Assembly: GCA_022843095.1 (NCBI GenBank)
Contig: JALHOH010000002.1
Location: forward strand, 240,001 to 272,000
Reading direction: 5' to 3'
Source: Candidatus Saccharimonadota bacterium
GTDB lineage: Bacteria; Patescibacteriota; Patescibacteriia; 2-12-FULL-60-25
Length of the DNA: 32,000 nucleotides
The position numbers and the translations under genes were made by a program. Below the pieces are notes generated by a model. It did no database searches. It was not told the DNA's origin and saw only the letters and a list, made by a program, of their open reading frames with translations. This document shows, one piece after another, positions 8,802-17,600 of the stretch (positions are counted from its first letter, which is position 1; each line of letters opens with the position of its first letter).

Positions 8802-9311
8802 CTATTGAACCAACACGCCGATTTTGAGCAAAAACAATGCACTTTGCGCAGACTTGCTGCTGCCATGTTTTTTCTGAAATCCTTGCGTCCCATCTTTTCC
8901 GCACATTCGTCCGATCGGGCCAGGACCACCCGGATGACGCGACACCCAAGACGTCAGGTCATACACGCTTCCATTGATCGTGGTCCAGCAGTTTTCCGGG
9001 GTCGCATGCGCTTCCACATCTGCCATTACGTAGTCACCCACCTTTGGAGATGGCGCTTTGGCGCCCGGATCCTCTTTTGCCGTCGCCGGATTGTCCGGCG
9101 TCGTCCCCGGCTCCCCGGCCGGCGGCATGGTATCTGGTGTTTCATCCGTAGCAACCGGCGCGGGCGTGGATGGCTGCTGCGTTTGCGATGATTCTTGGGT
9201 ATTCGCGATCGATGGCGGTGAAGCCGGGCGACTAACCATGACCAGATACCCGGCACCGGCGACGAACAGGGCTCCCAAAGCGAGAGCAAGTGTACGCTTC
9301 GTGTTTGTCAT
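8802..9311 (-). CDS. Membrane-anchored cytochrome b5-like heme-binding domain protein
   Basis: N-terminal signal anchor (LALALGALFVAGAGYLVMV), a P/T/E-rich linker, then H..ENCWTTINGSVYDLTSWVSRHPGGPGPIGRMCGKDGTQGFQKKH. This matches the cyt-b5-like signature with HPGG. Confidence 0.7.
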   Translation of the reverse strand: MTNTKRTLALALGALFVAGAGYLVMVSRPASPPSIANTQESSQTQQPSTPAPVATDETPDTMPPAGEPGTTPDNPATAKEDPGAKAPSPKVGDYVMADVEAHATPENCWTTINGSVYDLTSWVSRHPGGPGPIGRMCGKDGTQGFQKKHGSSKSAQSALFLLKIGVLVQ

Positions 9312-9331
9312 ATGTTTGCGATCCTAGCACG

Positions 9332-10384
9332 TCATCCAATCTTGACCAGCCCCTCTTTCCCCGCCGCACGGATCACCCGCTCATACACACGCAAATAGCC
9401 CTGCGTCATCTTCTCTTTGCTAAACAAACGCTCGGCTCGTTCGCGCGTGGCATGGCGGCTGATCGTCCCGATCTGCTGGATCGCCTGCGTCATCCCTTCC
9501 ACTGAATCCACCACAAATCCCGTGCGACCGTGTGCGATGACCTCCGGAACCGACCCATTGTTCCACCCAATCACCGGCGTCCCACACGACATCGCCTCAA
9601 TCATCACCAATCCAAACGTCTCGTCGTACTGCGTTGGAAACAGAAGCGCCTTTGCCCCGCGCAATAACTCGATTTTTTGCGCGAGTCCCGCCTCCCCTAC
9701 ATAACGCACCGTCGTCCCGTTGATCTCCGGCTCCACAACGCGATGCCAATACCCTTCCGCCTGATAACTTCCCCCCGCAATCACGAGCGGTACGCCAGCA
9801 GCTTTTGCCGCCTGGATCGCAAAGAGCACCCCTTTTTCTTCGGTCACCCGACCAAGATACAAAAAATAGTCCTCCGGTGTGGCAGAAAACGCAAATTGCG
9901 TCGTGTCGATTCCATGATAAATCGTGGCCACCCAATTCAATTCCGGCATCTGCAATCGCTGGGCACGCGAAAACGACACATATGATAGATGCTTATACTT
10001 CTGCAATAACGGACGAATTTCGTCGCGAATCGGACTATGGACAGAAATAAGCGTCGGCGTCGCAACCAGCGGGGCGTAAAACGAACTCAACAACGTAAAG
10101 TGGGAATGGATCACATCCACGTCAGATGCGGCACGATAGCAATCCGAGATGAGCGCGGCGTTATAGTGACGCTGCATATCTCCGGGCAATTTAGCGATCT
10201 CGATGTCCGGCGATTCGACCGCGTGAATCCGTCCACGGGTACACGATCGCGCCGATCCAAACACAGACACGTCATGTCCCGCCTCAACCATCCCTTCCGT
10301 CAACGCTGCGACGTGGGAATAGATGGCTTTCGTGGAGGACAGGTCCACCGGATACAAGCTGGAAACAAGTTGTGCGATACGCAT
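9332..10384 (-). CDS. Glycosyltransferase, GT4/GT1-type (GT-B fold)
   Basis: MRIAQLVSSLYPV.., ..LGRVTEEKGV.., ..LFPTQYDETFGLVMIEAMSCGTPVIGWNNGSVPEVI (E-x7-E region). Trimmed from 10606 to ATG 10384, which lies 7 nt after the upstream stop. Confidence 0.85.
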   Translation of the reverse strand: MRIAQLVSSLYPVDLSSTKAIYSHVAALTEGMVEAGHDVSVFGSARSCTRGRIHAVESPDIEIAKLPGDMQRHYNAALISDCYRAASDVDVIHSHFTLLSSFYAPLVATPTLISVHSPIRDEIRPLLQKYKHLSYVSFSRAQRLQMPELNWVATIYHGIDTTQFAFSATPEDYFLYLGRVTEEKGVLFAIQAAKAAGVPLVIAGGSYQAEGYWHRVVEPEINGTTVRYVGEAGLAQKIELLRGAKALLFPTQYDETFGLVMIEAMSCGTPVIGWNNGSVPEVIAHGRTGFVVDSVEGMTQAIQQIGTISRHATRERAERLFSKEKMTQGYLRVYERVIRAAGKEGLVKIG

Positions 10385-10391
10385 AGGACGA

Positions 10392-11594
10392 TCAACGACA
10401 AAGCGAGCGAAAAAGACGAAGGTAGGTGCGAAACACGGCCGCAGGCGCATGTGTTTTGCGAAGATGTGCCACAAACGCATCGGTTGGCGGACGGCCGGCG
10501 CACCGCATGAGTCGATCAAGCACTCGTTCCGGATCTTCCATCCCGATAATCCAAGTTCCCATCCCCTGCGCTCGATACTCCGACACCCATCCGACGTGTG
10601 GGGCAATCAACGTCGGCGTTCCACACAGCGCCGCCTCCATCACCACGGTTGGCGAGACGTCAAAATGTGAAGGGAGTAACAGCACATCCACCGAGCGGTA
10701 GAACGCCGCCAACGCCGTACGATCCATCGGCGGGACGATCTCGATCAACCGACGGTAACGCGCCTTTACTTGCGCATGCACCGTCGTGGTCGGAATCTTG
10801 GTCACTGATCGAAACGTCAGAGGCGCGCCGCGTTTTTTTGCCGCCTGCGCAATCGCGAGCACCGCTGGATGATTCTTGATCCGATCCCACCGCGCCACAC
10901 ACCCCACCACAAACGCCTGTTTTTTGGGTTCCGTCGTTTTTCTCCTTCGGCGCCCTTTTGCAAACAACGGGTCGTAGGGCAACGGGATGATCACCGCCTG
11001 CGCCGTTGGCACCGGGCGCACCCATGCGGCAAACGCCCGCTTACTAAACGCGTTCAAAAAGACCTGGCGCGTGGCGAGCTCCACAACCTCGCGCTCCATC
11101 TCCGCCATCGCCTCACGCGAAGCACGAGAAAAAAGATGCGCATACTGATCCACCTCGACCGTCGCAATCCCGGCATGCTGGATCACGACGGGAATCCCCT
11201 CGCGCGCCGCAGCCTTGAGCAACAACCAGGCAAACACCGAGAACCCATTCAAAAACAACAGATCTCCCCGCTCTTCTCGCATCCAGCGTTGAATCCGTGC
11301 CAGCTCCTCGGCGAACCATGTCTCGGGCAGCTGCTTCCTGCGCATGCGCAAAAACCCACGATACCGCGCCTCCGGGATGGCAAAGCCAAATAACCGGACG
11401 GAATCCTGAAGAAATCGCGTCCGGATCGTTGGTGAGTGCGCTACGCGTCCATGTTCGTGGATCAAGCCGATCCAGGTCGCGCCAAGCTTCGTCGCATAGG
11501 TCCCAAACGATCGCGCAAAATTTGCTGGCCCGCCCGATCCGATCCCCGTTGACCCTGGCACATTCGATGCATATTCATTTGTCAGGATCCGCAT
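10392..11594 (-). CDS. Glycosyltransferase family 1-like protein
   Basis: 400 aa. The C-terminal half has VGCVARWDRIKN.. and LLLPSHFDVSPTVVMEAALCGTPTLIAPHVGWVSEY, typical of GT-B glycosyltransferases. The N-terminal half is divergent. Confidence 0.7.
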   Translation of the reverse strand: MRILTNEYASNVPGSTGIGSGGPANFARSFGTYATKLGATWIGLIHEHGRVAHSPTIRTRFLQDSVRLFGFAIPEARYRGFLRMRRKQLPETWFAEELARIQRWMREERGDLLFLNGFSVFAWLLLKAAAREGIPVVIQHAGIATVEVDQYAHLFSRASREAMAEMEREVVELATRQVFLNAFSKRAFAAWVRPVPTAQAVIIPLPYDPLFAKGRRRRKTTEPKKQAFVVGCVARWDRIKNHPAVLAIAQAAKKRGAPLTFRSVTKIPTTTVHAQVKARYRRLIEIVPPMDRTALAAFYRSVDVLLLPSHFDVSPTVVMEAALCGTPTLIAPHVGWVSEYRAQGMGTWIIGMEDPERVLDRLMRCAGRPPTDAFVAHLRKTHAPAAVFRTYLRLFRSLCR

Positions 11595-11648
11595 GAAAAA
11601 ACCCTACCAACCATTGGTGGATGACGCAATGGCAACACCTGGAATTAC

Positions 11649-12617
11649 CTAGGCCTGCGGCACCTCTAACACGCAATTCCCCGCATCGCGGAGCTTCACT
11701 GGATCCACCTTGTACAACACCGGCGCAAAATTCGTGAGCGCAAGCGTGCTCTGCAGCCGTCGATTCTTCCCACGCGACACACGCCACAACCGATTGTATC
11801 GAAACCAGCGCGTCCCATCGTGGACGAAACAATGGTCCGTCTCCTGCACACGATACGCGTCCAGTCGAGGGTCATCCGTACGTACCTCCCCCCACAATTT
11901 CTCGTTCGTCATCCAAAGACGCACCTGGATGGGCGCGTGTGAGGTATTTTTCACCTTCAAATCCACGAAGTTATACAAAATCGTTGCTCCACTCCCAAAC
12001 GGCACCGTTCGCCCGGAATCCGGAAACACATCCAATGAATGGTGATAACGCTCCACAATCTCGACTGGCGCATGCAAAAACAGCCAATGCAACAAATTTG
12101 CCAGCTGACACAACCCACCCCCCAACCCCCCGAGCACCAGGCCGCGGGAGAGCAACATCCCATCCACAAACCCCCGTTTTTTGGTGGGCTTCCCAACGAG
12201 CGTCCACAACGAAAATGTCTCTCCAGGACGGATAACGATCCCATCGATCTCCGCAATCGCCACCTTCAAATTCTGAACCTTATTCCGCTGTAACCGCATG
12301 TCTGATGCCCCCAATTTTCGGAGCAACAACGAACTGTGCTTGTGCAGACGATGTGGGAGCGACTTGGACGATTTGGTCCGCGCAATCGAACGATTGGCCG
12401 CATGTTTAAGCGTCGTGAGCGTTTGACGCGCAAACAACACCGCCGGCTTGAGTCGAGGAAATCGCAACGAAAACGGCACGCGCGAAGGTCGCTCCTCCTG
12501 ATGCAATCGCGCGAGGATATCCTTCATCGCTGTCTTCGAAACCCGAGAGGTCGCCATGGCATCGATCATACCATGACGAAAACGCGGGTGTGGGAGAGGG
12601 ATGACATGTTGACGCAC
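11649..12617 (-). CDS. VanW-family protein
   Basis: IRPGETFSLWTLVGKPTKKRGF..GGGLCQLANLLHWLFLHAP..ERYHHS..FPDSGRTVPFGSGATI matches the VanW domain pattern as I recall it. The start is uncertain, with later in-frame ATGs at 12569, 12557 and 12527. Confidence 0.75.
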   Translation of the reverse strand: MRQHVIPLPHPRFRHGMIDAMATSRVSKTAMKDILARLHQEERPSRVPFSLRFPRLKPAVLFARQTLTTLKHAANRSIARTKSSKSLPHRLHKHSSLLLRKLGASDMRLQRNKVQNLKVAIAEIDGIVIRPGETFSLWTLVGKPTKKRGFVDGMLLSRGLVLGGLGGGLCQLANLLHWLFLHAPVEIVERYHHSLDVFPDSGRTVPFGSGATILYNFVDLKVKNTSHAPIQVRLWMTNEKLWGEVRTDDPRLDAYRVQETDHCFVHDGTRWFRYNRLWRVSRGKNRRLQSTLALTNFAPVLYKVDPVKLRDAGNCVLEVPQA

Positions 12618-12643
12618 GATCCCCGCCTTTCCATCATACGATC

Positions 12644-12913
12644 ATGCCTCCCTCCTCCGAACTTCCGCCACTTCCGAACGACGCGCCGCGCATCGGAGAC
12701 GTGTATCTCCACTATAAACACGGCGACGCGTACCGCGTGACCGGACTCGCCATCGATACGCAAACCGACACCTGGGTCGTGGTGTACGCACCGCTCTATC
12801 CATCCCCGGCCGCGCCGTTGTTCACGCGTCCCGTCCGAGACTGGAATGCGGAAGTCACGTGGAATGGATCTACGACGCGGCGTTTTTTGCCAGCATCCCC
12901 TGCAACGCCGTAA
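12644..12913 (+). CDS. DUF1653-like small protein
   Basis: GDVYLHYKHGDAYRVTGLAIDTQTDTWVVVYAPLY....TRPVRDWNAEV...RRF fits the DUF1653 pattern (Y.HYKG..Y.V...A.h.E....VVY..LY....RP...F). Its 3' end overlaps the convergent hydrolase gene by 44 nt. Confidence 0.6.
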   Translation: MPPSSELPPLPNDAPRIGDVYLHYKHGDAYRVTGLAIDTQTDTWVVVYAPLYPSPAAPLFTRPVRDWNAEVTWNGSTTRRFLPASPATP

Positions 12914-13442
12914 GACAGGCGGGGAGCTCGCGGAACCCCGCGCTTCCGTTCAAGTGCGCGCCGTTTTTGATGACGAGAAGCGGAGCCTGCAACACCTCCG
13001 CCAACGCCTGGCCATCCGCAAGCGGCACGATGGCATCATTGTCCCCGTGAATCACCACGATGTCGCGGACGTACTTTAGAATCCGTGCGCCATCAACGCG
13101 TTTTGGTAAAAATGCATCGATCGCCTTTCTGCCCGTGCGCGCCAGCGGGCCAGACACCAGCACCAATCCACGCACATTTTTTGGCTTCGCTTTTTCGAGA
13201 TACCGCAAAATCGCCGGAACACCCAAGCTGTGCCCGACCAAATAGACCGGCTCCTTTTTTGGCAGACGCGTGACGTGACGCGCGATCTCCTGCACCCATT
13301 CGCGAACCCGAGGCCGTGACGGGGATGGCATCGCAAGCGCACACGCATACACCTCCATCTTCGCAAGCTCAGCCATGAGCCACGGCCGCCACCCGCCGTT
13401 CGGACTCCCTTCGAACCCATGGATGAGGAAGATGTGGGGCAT
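12870..13442 (-). CDS. Alpha/beta serine hydrolase, YdeN/RBBP9-like
   Basis: IFLIHGFEGSPNGGWRPWL.., nucleophile elbow VGHSLGVPAILRYLE, and a later VVIHGDNDAIVP. Confidence 0.8.
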   Translation of the reverse strand: MPHIFLIHGFEGSPNGGWRPWLMAELAKMEVYACALAMPSPSRPRVREWVQEIARHVTRLPKKEPVYLVGHSLGVPAILRYLEKAKPKNVRGLVLVSGPLARTGRKAIDAFLPKRVDGARILKYVRDIVVIHGDNDAIVPLADGQALAEVLQAPLLVIKNGAHLNGSAGFRELPACLTALQGMLAKNAAS

Positions 13443-13485
13443 AGGCTACAAGACAGCGGTATGTACAAAATTTAAATATAATCAA

Positions 13486-14313
13486 TTACTCTAATTCCTT
13501 CAGCGTCTTCCCGTTCTGCGTCTTCCACTCGTTCAAACCATTCATAGAGCTGCCACGTACAATCGTGGCAGCTGCACTCGGTGACGAAAATAGATAATCC
13601 TGAGTAAAAACATAGTGACGATCGTCGGAAGAGGAAAGAATTCCGCCCTCAATCATCTGCGTGCGCCGTTTGAAGTAATTATGACCTTCGAAGGCTGGTG
13701 CATGTTTTTTTCTAGCTAAGCTCCCCTTGAGCACCAACAGACCACTCTCGCCGTACACACCCTGTGCATTCGCATCAGGGCCAATACAAGTCACTGAAAC
13801 GCCCGACTGCTTCACCTCGGCTTCAACTTCATTGCTAGCACGAAGCACTGAGTAGCCTAAACTCAAAAGAACATCAGACGCGCGATCAACAAACTCCTCC
13901 ATCACGTCCTGATCCTCTGACGAGATCGTTGGACTCTTGGGCGACGTACCGTTTTCTAAAGTCACCAGTCCCTCTGACGCGAGACGCTTTGTGAAAACAT
14001 GTTCCAAATATCTCACCTCGGTCTTTGTAAGTTTGGGTGAAGTAAATGCAATCAATTCGATCCAATTCGGTTTCGTGATCGCATGTTGCGCAAGTCTCTG
14101 TCCAAGTGCATCCGTTTCACCTACGTAGATATTGTTTTCATCACCCAGCAAAAAATACACGGCTGGCTTTTCCGCCTCAGGAAGCTCCTTCATTTTTTTT
14201 AGCGCAGCTCTTGGTGCAATGATCGCCTTTCCGTTCCAATTCGAAAGCTCGGCAATTTTAACGCCATACGGAGTGCCGTCGAGTAAGACGACCTTGAGGG
14301 ACTTGGATCGCAT
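13486..14313 (-). CDS. GIY-YIG nuclease-like protein with a C-terminal DUF4357 domain
   Basis: VVLLDGTPYGVKIAELSNWNGKAIIAPR.., PAVYFLLGDENNIYVGETDALGQRLAQH (GIY-YIG-like) and a C-terminal YLFSSPSAAATIVRGSSMNGLNEWKTQNGKTLKELE (DUF4357 pattern). Trimmed from 14430 to ATG 14313 (MRSKSLKV). Confidence 0.8.
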   Translation of the reverse strand: MRSKSLKVVLLDGTPYGVKIAELSNWNGKAIIAPRAALKKMKELPEAEKPAVYFLLGDENNIYVGETDALGQRLAQHAITKPNWIELIAFTSPKLTKTEVRYLEHVFTKRLASEGLVTLENGTSPKSPTISSEDQDVMEEFVDRASDVLLSLGYSVLRASNEVEAEVKQSGVSVTCIGPDANAQGVYGESGLLVLKGSLARKKHAPAFEGHNYFKRRTQMIEGGILSSSDDRHYVFTQDYLFSSPSAAATIVRGSSMNGLNEWKTQNGKTLKELE

Positions 14314-14657
14314 ATTTTGGATACAACATAGCCGGCTCTGAGCATCTTGAATAGGGTTGAAATACGGTAGAAACCTATTATCAATGCAAAAATATAAAAC
14401 GATTACCGCTTCATTTAAGGGCTCAACCAAGCAAAATAGTCAGTCAACTTCTAAAGACGATCCTGGGCTTGGGTTTTCGTACGCAGTTTCAGTTATTCAA
14501 GATTACGTGAATGAAGCACCAATAATGGCATTCATGCACGCAAATTTTAGGTTTTTAAGTTAATAACCTACGATTTGAGACTTGGCGTTATATCGGGATA
14601 ACGATTGGAATCACCACAAGGTGCTCAATGTATCTAAATCTCTCAAATCTCCTTGGA

Positions 14658-17600
14658 TTATTCCGCTGCAACCTCAATAGTAAAGGCATGTATTGCATCT
14701 TTATTCAGGATTTGAAGTTTTAGTTTTTGAAAAACTTTAACCACTACTTGTTGGCGTAGATATCCCTCGGGATCAGGATGCTGCTTAAGCCACGCAGGAT
14801 TCTCAAGAAGAATTTTATTGCGTAGCTCGTCATCCTGATTTAGGTCTGCAACGTTGAGATAAAAGAATCCATGTCTAAATTTCTCATCTTCAGGCTTATT
14901 AATCGGTGAGTATTGAATCAATTTGAAGAACGATTTTAGATCGACCACGACGATCTTGTTTTGCAGTTCATCTTTTTGAGCAAACAAATCTATCACGGGT
15001 ATATCTACCCCATTTACCCGTAGCAAACCTCGGTACTCTTTACATCCACTAAAACTGCTCTTCGCGGCACCTTCTCGAAAATGCGGGGTGAAGTTAGGAT
15101 GATTGAAGATCGCATTTTCAAGTCTGTAATCAAGCGTCTCTAAAATTACTGGATTCGAAATTTTTTGCGTTTGTAGCACCGCTTCAAGCTGACTGACAAA
15201 ATTTTCTTGAGTGACCTGAGTACAGGGCGATGCTTGATTGAGCATTCCCTCAAAAATAAACTGATCTTCAGAATTCGCCATTCCCTCTCCATAGGTATCG
15301 CCCCATCCGGCAAAATGAACGTACCAATTTTTTATGAAGCCGGCCTTTTGATCAAGCTGATTATAGCCCCAAGAATCGATATGTTCATCCGGCAATGCAT
15401 GGGATTTATCACTAAATAATCCCATGCTCACCAGCAGAGGACGGAGCACACCATTTTCTGAAAATGTTTTTTCAATTTTAGCCTTAAACTCTTCCAGTTT
15501 TTCCGGATCTATAGCCACCGTTTTGAGCATCTCTTGTTCGTCATATTCTTGCTGTTTACGGGCCCCCTGAAAAAGCTCTTTTAAAGCATTGACCTTAGAT
15601 ATTGCTTGCTGATCTAGAATCGGCCATTGGGTCGGATCTGACGCAATGGCATCAAGAATTGTAATAAGTCCACGATCATTGCCTCCCCGCTCTGCTAAGA
15701 ATGCGAATTCACGAGAAGTTGGGAGAGCTATGGCCTTAACCTGTTGATCATTCATGGATTTCAGTAGTAATAGAGCGACGGCACAGTAGAGCCTATCAAG
15801 CTTCCCAAGAAAGTATATTTCGTGAACGCGCCCATCCGGAATCGATTCCCAATGATCCCAATTCCAGATACGTTCAGTCTCGAATGATCGGGTAGATTGA
15901 TAAAGGAGGGTAAGCTTATTTATATCTTTTGGAAGATAGCTAATGCAGGCTAAGACGAAATTCTTGATAACCGTATCGTCAGGGTTCTTTTTACAGTCAT
16001 CAAAGATGAATGCCGACAAACCAAAGGTAACCTGATTGCGCCTAACCTCGACATCGCGCTCAATTTTTTCTTTGGCTTCTTGTAGCGCAAGTCTTTTTTC
16101 TATTTCAGCTCTTTGGGCTGGATCCGTGGCTTCTTGAAAGCTATATCTCAGGTTCTCCGCACGCGGGTGCTCGTGCGATGGATGAAAGTTATGAAAGACT
16201 TCGAAAAACTGAAGAAGGAATGTCTTAAAATCCTCCTCTCTACGCGCATCGAAAGCCGCTTTTAGAATACTTTGGAAAGTCACAAAGATCGGCACAAAAA
16301 AATCATTGAATTCCAGAAGCGTCTTCGGATCACCGGCTTTCTTGTCTATTTGATATCCAAGTCTATAATCAGCTGTTTCCTTTAAATAGCGCCAGGTCCT
16401 CTCAACGACTGCATCAGTAATTTTCGAGTCTCTTTCTTCAAGAACGGTGAGATACAGTAGGTATGGAAATACAATGAATTCTTGGAACAGGTACTGGTCC
16501 CCAGACTCTATAGCCCTTCCAGCGATTGCAATCGGTAAATAGGCTAGATCATAAAATGTTTTGCGGTCATTGCTTTGGATCGCTTTCGTGCAGATATCGC
16601 GTACGCTCTCAAAGAGCCAACGTATTTCATCCCAACCGCCAAAAAGAGTAGAACGCTCTTTAACGGCTTGGTCGTATGTATAGCCTCCACCATATTTTTT
16701 CATGGCAGCCAGAAAAGATTCTGCTAGATCGATGTAGATTTTTTTGAGCTCCTCTATGCGATCTGCTCTTTTTTCCCCAATAGCAATAATCAACTGCCCG
16801 TTTAGGCTTGCTAACTCGAGGCGCATCTCATCGGAAAAGCTATCTTGGGACTTTATGCTAAAAACAGAACGCGCCAGGTGCTCTGCGTCTCGTAAGGCCG
16901 AATCGCTCTTGATAGCATCTTTATCAAAGCTGAATAGAAGATTGCTATCCTCCGAAATTCTATCTTGAAACTTTTTATGAACGTATAGCTTCGCCTGTTT
17001 ATAGCTGTCCCTCCGTTTTCCAACGGTAGAAGAATCACCCGCGTAGGTCAGCTCTGTTTTATTGGGATAAAAACTGTAACCATTCTTATTGGCTGCCGTT
17101 TCTAAAAATTTGGCGAGTTCGTATAAACGATCCATCTTAATATCAACAATGTAACCTCTTTTTTCAGTACGCACCTGAAAGCGCTCTCCGGATTCTTCTT
17201 GATCGAGTGAGAACGGGTAAAAATCCAATCCAGCTTTATTTTCTTCAAGACTTTTAAGGAAGATGCTATTACCAATACGTTCTTCTGCCGCCTTGTTTAT
17301 ACTCCTGTCGATCCTATCCTTTAAAAGCGCCGTTCTCTTGGCAGAAAACTTCGCCTTATCCAACAACACAACTAATAGACGCCAGAGCGATGCGACCGTT
17401 AAGATCGCAACAATAATAGTTGGAACAATCGCCCAGACATTTACATCACCCCAAATATAAATAAAGAAGCTGGCGATCTCTGTTACGGTGAGCGGGAAAA
17501 GGAAACTTTCACGCAATAATACACGAGCACGATCTTTTGCTTCATCGTCTCTAACGCTTTCTGCGACAAAAATGAGCAATGCAAAAATGACTGCTCCAAC

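Noticed and set aside
11595-11648. Weak hairpin ACCAA-tgg-TTGGT plus a T6 tract after the VanW stop as a terminator
   Set aside because: The stem is only 5 bp, and the T-tract abuts the ATG of the next co-oriented glycosyltransferase gene. It is more likely plain intergenic sequence within an operon.
13443-13500. Direct repeat of the tRNA-Ser 3' end marking the distal att site
   Set aside because: By eye, no match longer than ~6 nt exists between this junction and 24461-24530. I therefore could not define attL/attR, and a computed alignment is needed.
14357-14563. 68-aa + strand ORF in the island spacer
   Set aside because: It has no motif and overlaps the 5' region and promoter zone of the GIY-YIG gene. 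Its composition-driven openness in AT-richer DNA is unconvincing.
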